From the NCBI GenBank assembly GCA_035717365.1, contig DASTIS010000230.1, positions 11,923 to 75,922 of the forward strand: a DNA stretch of 64,000 nucleotides, given 5' to 3'. The notes below the pieces were generated by a model. It did no database searches. It was given only the letters and a program-made list of their open reading frames with translations, and had not been told where the DNA came from. Source of the stretch: Rhodanobacteraceae bacterium (GTDB lineage Bacteria > Pseudomonadota > Gammaproteobacteria > Xanthomonadales > Rhodanobacteraceae). The number at the start of each line of letters is the position of its first letter. Position 1 is the stretch's first letter. This document shows positions 1 to 8,088 of this stretch, one piece after another. The translations under genes were made by a program, and so were the position numbers.

Positions 1-216
1 TTGCGCGATCCGGCCGGCGTCGCTGTCATCGGTAAACAGTTGGTACAGGCCGGGTTGCCCTTCATCCAGCCGGAAGTAATGGCTGAGCGAGGCGTGCGGA
101 TCCATGTCCACCAGCAACGTGCGCTCGCCCGCGGCCGCGAACAGCCCTCCGAGGGCCGCGACCGTGGTGGTCTTGCCTACGCCGCCTTTCTGGTTGGCAA
201 TGGTCCAGACTCGCAT
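1..216 (-). CDS. ParA/MinD-family ATPase, chemotaxis-cluster associated. Only the N-terminal 72 aa are present; the gene runs off the window edge.
   Basis: The reverse complement of 216..1 reads MRVWTIANQKGGVGKTTTVAALGGLFAAAGERTLLVDMDPHASLSHYF..., with a deviant Walker A KGGVGKT. The ATG at 216 lies 5 nt after the motB stop. The position after motAB matches the ParC-type ParA of Pseudomonas/Vibrio che clusters. Confidence 0.8.
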   Translation of the reverse strand, partial: MRVWTIANQKGGVGKTTTVAALGGLFAAAGERTLLVDMDPHASLSHYFRLDEGQPGLYQLFTDDSDAGRIAQ

Positions 217-221
217 GGTCG

Positions 222-1277
222 TCACCGCATGCTGCGCAAGGGGGCGGACTGGGTCGTCGGCGCCGTGTCGGTCGCAGCGTTTGCCGTCGACGCGGAGTCC
301 CGACTGGCGGCGCCGGACACCCGTGTCGTCAGTGCAGCCGGTGAGTGCGCGCTGGCGACGGATCGATTGTCGTTGTGATCGTATCGCCGCTGCGCAGCCT
401 GGTCGCTCAGCAACACGATGGCGATGCGGCGGTTGCGGTTGCGTCCGTCGGGCGTCGCGTTGCTGGCCACGGGGTGGTATTCGCCCCAACCGAAGATCCC
501 GATGCGCCTGGGATCGACCCCCTGGTCGCCGAACAATCGCGCCACGCTGCCAGCTCGGGCGGCCGAGAGTTCCCAATTCGAGGGAAACTTCCAGGTATCG
601 ATGGGACGGTTGTCGGTATAGCCTTCGATCCTGATCGGATTGGAGAATCGCGCCAGCACGCCGGCGACGCCATCGAGTACGTTGCGCGCCGGGTCCGTCA
701 GCATCGCCACGCCACTGGGGAACAGCACATCGGTGCGAATCTCGATTTCCAGCCACAGCTTGGTCTGGCGTATGACGACTTGCTTGCGGTCCACCCATGG
801 CTTGAGCGCCTTGGCCACCTCGGTGGAGATGGTTTTGAGGTCGGCCATCTTCGCATCGTCCGACGCGGCGCCGGGACCGGCCGCAGGAATATCGGCACCG
901 GCGGAGCCGGCACCAGCCATCTGGATGTCGGTGCCGGGACTGGGCTCGCTGGCAGCGCCTTCGTGTCCCGGTACCGGAAGGTGGCGGGGCGGCACCGGCA
1001 CGCGGATGCGTGCGATTGGCGTGGCATTGGCGGCGCGGTATTTGTCCGGCAGCGGCACCTGGCGTGCAGGTTGCGCTGGGGTGATCGGCTGGACCACCTT
1101 GCCGGTGCCGTTGAATGCCTCGTTGATGGATTCGGCCAGCACCCGGAATTTGGCTTCGTTGATCGAGGACAACGAATACATCACCACGAAAAAAGCCAGC
1201 AACAGCGTCATCAGGTCGGCGTACGGAATCGCCCACTTTTCGCTGTCGACGTGTTCTTCGTGGTGCCGTTTTCTCAC
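222..1277 (-). CDS. motB: Flagellar stator protein MotB (MotD-type), with an OmpA-like peptidoglycan-binding C-domain
   Basis: This is the C-terminal 351 codons of the 802-aa track ORF. A GTG at 1277 overlaps the motA stop (GTGA). The N-terminus reads RKRHHEEHVDSEKWAIPYADLMTLLLAFFVVMY (plug/TM with conserved Asp). The OmpA-like block reads IRIEGYTDNRPI...NWELSAARAGSVARLF...NRRIAIVLL. Confidence 0.9.
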   Translation of the reverse strand: MRKRHHEEHVDSEKWAIPYADLMTLLLAFFVVMYSLSSINEAKFRVLAESINEAFNGTGKVVQPITPAQPARQVPLPDKYRAANATPIARIRVPVPPRHLPVPGHEGAASEPSPGTDIQMAGAGSAGADIPAAGPGAASDDAKMADLKTISTEVAKALKPWVDRKQVVIRQTKLWLEIEIRTDVLFPSGVAMLTDPARNVLDGVAGVLARFSNPIRIEGYTDNRPIDTWKFPSNWELSAARAGSVARLFGDQGVDPRRIGIFGWGEYHPVASNATPDGRNRNRRIAIVLLSDQAAQRRYDHNDNRSVASAHSPAALTTRVSGAASRDSASTANAATDTAPTTQSAPLRSMR

Positions 1278-2014
1278 AGCAGGAAGCCCTTGAGCTTGTT
1301 CTCGATGTGACGCGGGTTGTCGCCCTGTGCAATCGAGATCAGGCCCTCGACCAGCAGCTCGTGGAGCTGGGTGCGGCTGCGCGTGATGCTCTTGAGCTTG
1401 TTCGACATCGGCAGCATGAACAGGTACGCCAGACTGATGCCGTAGATGGTGGCCACGAACGCGGCGGCGATGCCGTGGCCAAGCTTGCTGGGGTCCGCAA
1501 GGGCTTGCATCACGGCGATCAGACCCATGACCGCGCCGAGGATGCCCATGGTGGGTGAATAGACGCCGGCGTTTTCGAACATCTTTGCCGCATCCATGTC
1601 GGCGTGTTCGCGGGTGCTGATTTCGACTTCCAGCACACTCCGGATCACCTCCGGTTCGGTGCCGTCGACCAGCAATTGCAGTCCCTTTTTCATCAGCGGG
1701 TCGGACTCGGAATCGATGTTGGGTTCCAGTCCGAGCAGGCCCTGGCGGCGCGAGATCTCGCTCCACCCGACGATGCGGCTGACCAGGTCGGACGCACGCA
1801 GTCGCGGCGGCGTCAGCACCATGCGCACCATCGCAAGCGCGCGCTTGACCACGGGGATCGGCGTGTGCAGCAACACCGCGGCAGTGGTGCCCCCGAAGAC
1901 GATGACGAATGCCTCCAGGTTCCACAACGTCGCGATGGCGCTGCCGTGGAGGATGGTGCCGGCGATCAGTACCAGAAAAGCGAGAACGATTCCGATTAGG
2001 CTCAGGAGATCCAT
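1274..2014 (-). CDS. motA: Flagellar stator protein MotA (MotC-type)
   Basis: 246 aa with 4 TM segments. It begins MDLLSLIGIVLAFLVLIAG and has the MotA/TolQ/ExbB-type C-terminal half (GILGAVMGLI...AAAFVATIYGISLAYL). It lies directly downstream of cheA. Confidence 0.93.
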   Translation of the reverse strand: MDLLSLIGIVLAFLVLIAGTILHGSAIATLWNLEAFVIVFGGTTAAVLLHTPIPVVKRALAMVRMVLTPPRLRASDLVSRIVGWSEISRRQGLLGLEPNIDSESDPLMKKGLQLLVDGTEPEVIRSVLEVEISTREHADMDAAKMFENAGVYSPTMGILGAVMGLIAVMQALADPSKLGHGIAAAFVATIYGISLAYLFMLPMSNKLKSITRSRTQLHELLVEGLISIAQGDNPRHIENKLKGFLL

Positions 2015-2017
2015 GGG

Positions 2018-4021
2018 TCAGGCCGTCATACGCAAGGGTGGAGAGAGGGGAGATTCGGCCAGCGCCACCAAGTCGAGCACCAGTGCGATGCGGCCATTGC
2101 CGGTGATCGTGGCGCCGGCAATGCCGGGCAAATGCTTCAAGTGCGAGCCAAGCGGCTTGACCATGACTTCCTCGCGACCGAACAACTCGCTCGCCAGCAA
2201 ACCCAATTGCTGATGGCCCACGCGCACCACCACCACGTGCATGCGTGCGTCCACGCTGGACGGCACGCCGGCCCCTCCCCAGGCGGCCAGGTCGCGGAGT
2301 GGCAGCGGTCGGTTGCGGTGCGCCACCACCACGCGCCCATCCAGCGAGCGCATCAGCGACTTGTCCAGTTCGAACACTTCGATCACATTGGCCAGAGGCA
2401 GCGCCAGCGGGCGCTCGCCGATTCGCACCATCAACACGCGCATGATCGCCAGCGTGAGCGGGATCGCGATGCGGATGGTGGTTCCCGTGCCCGGCGTCGA
2501 TTCGATATCGATGGTGCCGCCGAGCGAGGCGACGTTGGTCTTGACCACGTCCATGCCGACGCCGCGGCCGGAGATGTCCGAGATCTCGCTGCGGGTGCTG
2601 AAGCCGGGCCGAAAGATCAGGGCGTGACATTCGGCCGGCTCCAGCATGCGCGCCTGCTCGGCGTTGATCAGTCCTTTTTCGACGGCTTTGCGGCGCAGCA
2701 CGTCCGGATCCATGCCGCGACCGTCGTCGCCGATGCTGATCAGGATGCGTTCGCCCTCCTGGCAGGCGCCGAGGGTCACCGTGCCCTGGCGCGGTTTGCC
2801 GGCCTGCTCGCGGGTGTCGGGATCTTCGAGTCCATGATCGATGGCGTTGCGCAACAGGTGGATCAGCGGGTCGGCCAGCGACTCGACCAGGGTACGGTCC
2901 AGGTTGGTGTCTTCGCCGTGTTGCTCCAGTGCCACCTGCTTGTCGAGCTTGCGCGCCAGATCGCGCACGATGCGCGGAAAGCGCTGGAACAGCCGCCCGA
3001 TGGGCTGCATGCGCATGCGCAAGGCAGCCACCTGCAGATCGCCGGCGACACGGTCGAGATTGTTGACGGCCCGCTCCATCTCGCCATCGGCGCCGTGTGC
3101 GGTGAGGTTGGTCAGGCGGTTGCGCACCAGCACCAGTTCGCCGACGGCATTGACCAAGGCGTCGATGCGGTCGGTGTCCACGCGTACCGTGGTATCGGCG
3201 CGGTGCTTGTGGGTCGCGACCGCCTCGCCGGGCGGCGTGCGCGCCGTTGCGCCGGCGTTCGTCGGCGCGGCGCCGGCCGCTTGCGCAGGTGTGGCCACGG
3301 CGTGCGCGGCGTGGTCGATGCTCTTGCCGGGAGCACCGCCCTTGCCATAAATGGTGTCCAGCAGTGCCTCGAATTCGCTGTCGTCGATGCTGTCCGGGGC
3401 GGCGGTGGCCTGTGCGCCGGGCGCGCGGCCGTCGCCGTGCAGTTCGTCCAGCAAATGTTCGAATTCCTCGTCGGAGACGCCGTCGCCGACGGAACCGGGG
3501 CCGTCGTCCGCCGCGGCGCTGCCGTCTGCCGTTGCCGCTTCATCGAGCATGGCGAGGAAGGCCGCTTCGACTGCGTCCGGCGGCTGTTCCGATCGGGGCA
3601 GCGCGGGGGTGGGCGCGACGGATGGCGCGGCATCGGCCGCAGGCTGCGCTTGCAACTGCCGCATCAGTTCGGTCGATGCGACCGGAATGTCGCCACCGTT
3701 GCGCAGTGCCTCCATCATCCCCTGCAGTACGTCCAGTCCCTGCAGCAGGAGGTCGATGTGCGGGGGTTGCAGCACGAACCGCTGGTTGCGCGCGTCGTTG
3801 AGCAATTCCTCGGCGTGGTGACACAGTTCCACCATCGGCCGGATCGCCAGAAAACCGGCACCGCCTTTCAGGGTATGGAAGGTGCGGAACACCGAATTCA
3901 GCAATTCGCCGTCGCGCGATTGCGTTTCGAGCCCGACCAACTGATCTCCGAGCGCGTCGAGCAGTTCCCCGGCCTCGACCAGGAACGCCTCCAGCACCTC
4001 GTTGTCCGTTGCCGTGGCCAT
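2018..4021 (-). CDS. cheA: Chemotaxis histidine kinase CheA (cluster I)
   Basis: 667 aa. The Hpt motif is FRTFHTLKGGAGFL. HATPase blocks are HLLRNAIDHGLE, DDGRGMD and GRGVGMDVV. There is a C-terminal CheW-like domain. Confidence 0.96.
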   Translation of the reverse strand: MATATDNEVLEAFLVEAGELLDALGDQLVGLETQSRDGELLNSVFRTFHTLKGGAGFLAIRPMVELCHHAEELLNDARNQRFVLQPPHIDLLLQGLDVLQGMMEALRNGGDIPVASTELMRQLQAQPAADAAPSVAPTPALPRSEQPPDAVEAAFLAMLDEAATADGSAAADDGPGSVGDGVSDEEFEHLLDELHGDGRAPGAQATAAPDSIDDSEFEALLDTIYGKGGAPGKSIDHAAHAVATPAQAAGAAPTNAGATARTPPGEAVATHKHRADTTVRVDTDRIDALVNAVGELVLVRNRLTNLTAHGADGEMERAVNNLDRVAGDLQVAALRMRMQPIGRLFQRFPRIVRDLARKLDKQVALEQHGEDTNLDRTLVESLADPLIHLLRNAIDHGLEDPDTREQAGKPRQGTVTLGACQEGERILISIGDDGRGMDPDVLRRKAVEKGLINAEQARMLEPAECHALIFRPGFSTRSEISDISGRGVGMDVVKTNVASLGGTIDIESTPGTGTTIRIAIPLTLAIMRVLMVRIGERPLALPLANVIEVFELDKSLMRSLDGRVVVAHRNRPLPLRDLAAWGGAGVPSSVDARMHVVVVRVGHQQLGLLASELFGREEVMVKPLGSHLKHLPGIAGATITGNGRIALVLDLVALAESPLSPPLRMTA

Positions 4022-4029
4022 GTTCGCGT

Positions 4030-4674
4030 TCAGAACCCGAAGTCGGAAAGCAGGCGGTCGACCTCGTCCTGGGTCGACACCGCTTGCACCCGGGGTTCGC
4101 CGCCGGACGTCGCACCGCTGATGGTTCCGGTCAGACGCACCAGTTCCAGCAGCGCGTGTTCGACCGTGTCGATGAACGCCGACACCCGCTGCAGCCGCTG
4201 GCCGGACAGGTCCTGCCAGGACTGCTGCTCCACCAGACGCGTGAAGTCATCCAGGCAGGCGCCCGCGAACTGCTCGGTGTCGCGCGCCAGTTGCAAAGCT
4301 CCAGATGGGTCGAGTGCGGCGGCCGCGGCAATCGCGCGGGCCTGCTCGCCCAGGCGCGAGGCCCGCGGGCGCAGTCGCTCGGCCATGGCCAGCGTTTCGT
4401 GCGCTGCGCCGGCGCTCATTGCCAGTGCCTCCTGCAGGCTCTGCCGTGCAAAAGGCGCACCGGCAGGCGGCTGCCCCGATTCCTGGGTGAGATGCACGAT
4501 CGACTTGTGCAGGTCGCGCGTGAGGTGCCCGAGTGCGCGGAACAGGTCACTCTGGCGCCGCGCGAACAGGGCGTCCAGCGATGCCTCGAAGGCATCCGAG
4601 TCACGGGTCTCGAGCAGCGCGCGGAGCTCGGGCGGCAACGCGCGGGGGTTCAGGTCGGTGTTGGGTACGGACAT
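4030..4674 (-). CDS. cheZ: CheY-P phosphatase CheZ
   Basis: 214 aa, lying between cheY and cheA. It has a helical CheZ-like sequence and a C-terminal CheY-binding tail ...QDEVDRLLSDFGF. Confidence 0.88.
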   Translation of the reverse strand: MSVPNTDLNPRALPPELRALLETRDSDAFEASLDALFARRQSDLFRALGHLTRDLHKSIVHLTQESGQPPAGAPFARQSLQEALAMSAGAAHETLAMAERLRPRASRLGEQARAIAAAAALDPSGALQLARDTEQFAGACLDDFTRLVEQQSWQDLSGQRLQRVSAFIDTVEHALLELVRLTGTISGATSGGEPRVQAVSTQDEVDRLLSDFGF

Positions 4675-4681
4675 GTCGTTG

Positions 4682-5080
4682 TCAGCCGGCAGCGACCAGA
4701 CGCTCGAAGATGCGTTCGATCTTTTCCTTGAGGGTGACGGCAGTGAACGGCTTGACGATGTAACCGTTCACGCCGGCCTGCGCCGCCGCGATGATCTGTT
4801 CGCGGCTGTTCTCGGCGGTGACCATCAGTACCGGCAACGGTTTCAGCGCCGGATCGGCGCGGATCGCCCGCAAAAGATCGATGCCGGTCATCTCGGGCAT
4901 GTTCCAGTCGGTGACGACGAAGTCGATGCTGCTGGCGCGCAGCACGGCCAGCGCGCTGTTGCCGTCGCCGGCCTCCTGGATGTTGGCACCGCTGAAGCCC
5001 AACTCACCCAGCAGGTTGCGGATGATTCGTCGCATGGTGGAAAAATCGTCCACCACCAGGATCTTCATGTTCTTGTCCAC
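4682..5080 (-). CDS. cheY: Chemotaxis response regulator CheY
   Basis: 132 aa single REC domain: [14 protein letters not shown]...[17 protein letters not shown]...LMVTAE...GYIVKPFT. Confidence 0.96.
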   Translation of the reverse strand: MDKNMKILVVDDFSTMRRIIRNLLGELGFSGANIQEAGDGNSALAVLRASSIDFVVTDWNMPEMTGIDLLRAIRADPALKPLPVLMVTAENSREQIIAAAQAGVNGYIVKPFTAVTLKEKIERIFERLVAAG

Positions 5081-5099
5081 TCGCTTTCCCCGATATTCT

Positions 5100-5828
5100 T
5101 CAGGCGTTGTCCCGCCAGTCGTTCATGTGTGCGCGCAGCCGGACCACGGCCTGTCCGTGGATCTGGCAGACGCGGGATTCGCTGACGCCGAGCACTGCAC
5201 CGATCTCCTTGAGATTGAGTTCCTCGTCGTAGTACAGCGACATCACCAGTTTTTCGCGTTCCGGAAGCCGCGTGATGGCTTCGGCCAGCGCCTCGCGCAA
5301 ACCGTCGTCCTCCAGACCGTCGGATGGGCCGGGGCTGGCGGTGTCGGCGACTTCCATCGCAACATCCCCGGTCTCCGGGCTCGAGAGGCTGAGGATCCGC
5401 GAACTCGCGGCGTCGGCCAGGATTTGGTTGTATTCGTTGCTGTCGATACCCAGCCGCCGCATGATCTCGGCGCCGTCGGCATCGCTGCCGGTCTCGTGCT
5501 CGACCTGGCGCATCGCCTCGGCCACTTCGCGGACCTTGCGATGCACCGAGCGGGGCGTCCAGTCGCTGCGGCGCAATTCGTCCAGCATCGCGCCGCGGAT
5601 GCGGATGCCGGCAAACGTCTCGAAACTTGCCTCGCGTGTCGGCGTGTAGTTCCTTGCCGCTTCCAGCAGGCCGATCATTCCCGACTGGATGAGGTCCTGC
5701 ACATCGACACTGGGCGGCAGCCGCGCCATCAGGTGATAGGCGATGCGACGCACCAGCGGCGTGTGCGCACGCACCAGCTCCTCGTCCGGTATGCGCTGGA
5801 CTTGCAGGTATTCGGCGCTCGCGTTCAT
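5100..5828 (-). CDS. fliA: Flagellar sigma factor sigma-28 (FliA)
   Basis: 242 aa. Region 2 reads [17 protein letters not shown]. The region 4 HTH reads [25 protein letters not shown]. The start overlaps the fleN stop. Confidence 0.95.
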   Translation of the reverse strand: MNASAEYLQVQRIPDEELVRAHTPLVRRIAYHLMARLPPSVDVQDLIQSGMIGLLEAARNYTPTREASFETFAGIRIRGAMLDELRRSDWTPRSVHRKVREVAEAMRQVEHETGSDADGAEIMRRLGIDSNEYNQILADAASSRILSLSSPETGDVAMEVADTASPGPSDGLEDDGLREALAEAITRLPEREKLVMSLYYDEELNLKEIGAVLGVSESRVCQIHGQAVVRLRAHMNDWRDNA

Positions 5829-6721
5829 GCCGCTTGTGCTCCCCGGCCCATGCGGTGTTCCGCGAAGAATCCGATCCGGCCGTGCGCTTCGGGCGAGTTC
5901 TCCCAGTTATCGGCAGCCATCGCCAGTTTCTTGAACGCCAGGGCGGACGGGCTGCCCGGCCAGGCGTCGACGACGCCCATCTGGCGACGCACCGCGCGAC
6001 GCAGGTACTCGTCGTGCGGGATCGCCCCGCACAACTGCAGGTTGACATCGAGGAAACGCGTGGTGACGCGCTCGAGCTTCTCGAACAACTGGCGTCCGTG
6101 GCTGGCGTTGTGCACCATGTTTGCCACGACCTTGAAACGGCGCATGCCATGTTCGTGTGCGAGCACCTTGATCAGGGCGTAGGCGTCGGTCAGCGAGGCA
6201 GGCTCGTCGCAGGCCACCAGCAGGACGTCATCGGCGGCGACGCTGAACATCGAGACGCTTTCGGAGATGCCGGCGGCGGTGTCGACGATCAGGAATTCGG
6301 GCGGCTGTGGATAATCGTCGAAGGCACGAATCACCGCCGCATACTCGGCGCGCGACATCCCCACCATGCGTTGCTTCCCGGAGGTGGCCGGCACCACCTT
6401 CAGCCCGTGTGCTGCCGGCAGCACCAGGTCGCCGAGGCCGCATTCGCCGGCCAGCAGTTTGGCGATGTTGCATTTGGGCTGCAGGCCAAGCAACACGTCC
6501 ACGTTGGCCAGCCCCAGGTCGGCGTCCAGCAGCAGCGTGTCGCGCCCGGCCATGGCCAGCGCCAACCCGAGGTTGACGGCAACGCACGATTTGCCGACAC
6601 CGCCCTTGCCGCCGGTCACGGCGATGACCCTTGGCCGCTGCTGAGGTTGCGCAGCGGGCGAGGCAAAAATATTGTTCTTGAGCGTCTGCATGATGCGGTC
6701 CAGACCTTCTGCCTGATTCAT
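5825..6721 (-). CDS. fleN: Flagellar number regulator FleN/FlhG (MinD-type ATPase)
   Basis: The internal ATG at 6721 gives MNQAEGLDRIMQTL...VIAVTGGKGGVGKSCVAVNLGLALA (deviant Walker A). The upstream 140 codons of the track ORF are Arg/Trp/Cys-rich out-of-context sequence overlapping flhF. Confidence 0.92.
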   Translation of the reverse strand: MNQAEGLDRIMQTLKNNIFASPAAQPQQRPRVIAVTGGKGGVGKSCVAVNLGLALAMAGRDTLLLDADLGLANVDVLLGLQPKCNIAKLLAGECGLGDLVLPAAHGLKVVPATSGKQRMVGMSRAEYAAVIRAFDDYPQPPEFLIVDTAAGISESVSMFSVAADDVLLVACDEPASLTDAYALIKVLAHEHGMRRFKVVANMVHNASHGRQLFEKLERVTTRFLDVNLQLCGAIPHDEYLRRAVRRQMGVVDAWPGSPSALAFKKLAMAADNWENSPEAHGRIGFFAEHRMGRGAQAA

Positions 6722-6740
6722 GGTTGATGATTCCCTGCGC

Positions 6741-7979
6741 TCACGCCGTGGCGTAGGCCGCGCGTCCAAAACGCTCGGCCATGACCATGTCGGGGCTGGG
6801 CGGCCCGGCAGGATTACTGCGGGCGGCGGCGCGACACACCAGCCGGCGGACATCGGCGGCGGCGATGTCTTCCGGCACGCGCTGGCCGTCGGTGGTGAAG
6901 TCCAGTGCCAAGCGGTAGCGGAGCAGCACGGACAGTGCACCACCGAGCCGCGGGGCTTCGTCCAGCTTGGTGAGAACGCAGCCGCGCGGTCGCAGCGGCA
7001 GGTACGCGCGCGCGGCATCGTCCATGGCCTGCGCCTGGGCATTCGCAGCCAGCACCAGCGTGGCGCACATGCATGGTTGCGCCGCGCGCAGGATGTCCAG
7101 TTGACCCACCAGTTGTGGATCGTGTGCACCCATGCCGGCACTGTCGACCAGAATTGCGCGGCGATCGCGGAGTCGGACGAGCAGCGAACACAGTTCGCTG
7201 GCTTCGTGCACCTCGTACACCGGCACTCCCAACAGGCGCGCGTACTGACCGAGTTGCGCGCCGCCGCCGATGCGGTAGTGATCGGTGCTGACGAGCGCGA
7301 CCTGGTCGACGCCGTAGTGCAACACCGCGTGCGCGGCGAGCTTGGCCACGGTAGTGGTCTTGCCGACGCCGGTCGGGCCGACCATGGCCGTGACGCCCTC
7401 GAGGTTGGACAGCTGACGGCCGCCGCTGGCCACGCGCTGCGAAATCAGGCCCAGGGGCAGGTAACGCGCCTGCTCGCTGCTCAACTCCGACGGTAGGTCG
7501 TCGGCCACGGCGCGTGCGATGTCGGGGTCGATGTCCATGCGGGTGAGCTGGCGCAGGACGCTGGCATGCATCGGGTGGCGCCGGTCCATGTCGTTCCACG
7601 CCAGGCTGGCCAGTTGTGTCTCCAGCATTTCACGCAGACTGCCCAGTTCCTGGCGCATGTCGCTGATGAGCGGCGACGATTCCGGGGCGCCCGCGACGGG
7701 GCGCGTCAGCTGCGCCAACAGATCCTGGAGGTCGGGTTTGTTGGTACGCGCGGGGCGTGCCGCGGCTTCGCCGGCGGATGGCGCCGACGCCGTGGTGCCG
7801 GGCATCGCATGCACCGCTGCCTCGCGTACCAGGGCTTCGTCGTAATCGATGGCGGCGATGATCTCGATGCCCTCGTCGAGTCGGCGCGTGGACAGGATCA
7901 CCGCGTCCGGTCCCTGTTCGTCACGAACCTGTTGCATCGCCTGGCGCATGCCTGCGGCCACAAATCGCTTGATCTTCAT
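6741..7979 (-). CDS. flhF: Flagellar placement GTPase FlhF (SRP-type)
   Basis: 412 aa. It begins MKIKRFVAAGMRQAMQQVRDEQGPDAVILS. The G1 motif is MVGPTGVGKTTTVAKLAA, followed by DSAGM. Confidence 0.94.
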   Translation of the reverse strand: MKIKRFVAAGMRQAMQQVRDEQGPDAVILSTRRLDEGIEIIAAIDYDEALVREAAVHAMPGTTASAPSAGEAAARPARTNKPDLQDLLAQLTRPVAGAPESSPLISDMRQELGSLREMLETQLASLAWNDMDRRHPMHASVLRQLTRMDIDPDIARAVADDLPSELSSEQARYLPLGLISQRVASGGRQLSNLEGVTAMVGPTGVGKTTTVAKLAAHAVLHYGVDQVALVSTDHYRIGGGAQLGQYARLLGVPVYEVHEASELCSLLVRLRDRRAILVDSAGMGAHDPQLVGQLDILRAAQPCMCATLVLAANAQAQAMDDAARAYLPLRPRGCVLTKLDEAPRLGGALSVLLRYRLALDFTTDGQRVPEDIAAADVRRLVCRAAARSNPAGPPSPDMVMAERFGRAAYATA

Positions 7980-8088
7980 GGGTGATGATCCTTGTCCCTA
8001 CCTGCAACGTATGTCTTGATGTGTCGTGAGATGTGCATGTCTGGAATCCAGTGCTTCTTGTGGCTACCGCTTTCCCGAGTTACGGGAT

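Noticed and set aside
2132-5185. A 1017-aa plus-strand ORF, together with similar giants in the track: 222..2630 upstream part, 22528..24609, 42245..44362, 59482..61749 and 36618..37766.
   Set aside because: These are antisense shadow ORFs, typical of very GC-rich DNA. Their translations are Arg/Ala/Gly/His-rich with no recognisable motifs. The opposite strand encodes textbook CheA/CheZ/CheY, FleR/FleS, FlgE/F, CheD/CheB and FlgK proteins.
8034-8050. TGGATTCCAGACATGCA (minus strand) in the flhA-flhF spacer, considered as a sigma-54 promoter.
   Set aside because: The GG to GC spacing is one nucleotide too long and the flanking consensus positions are poor.
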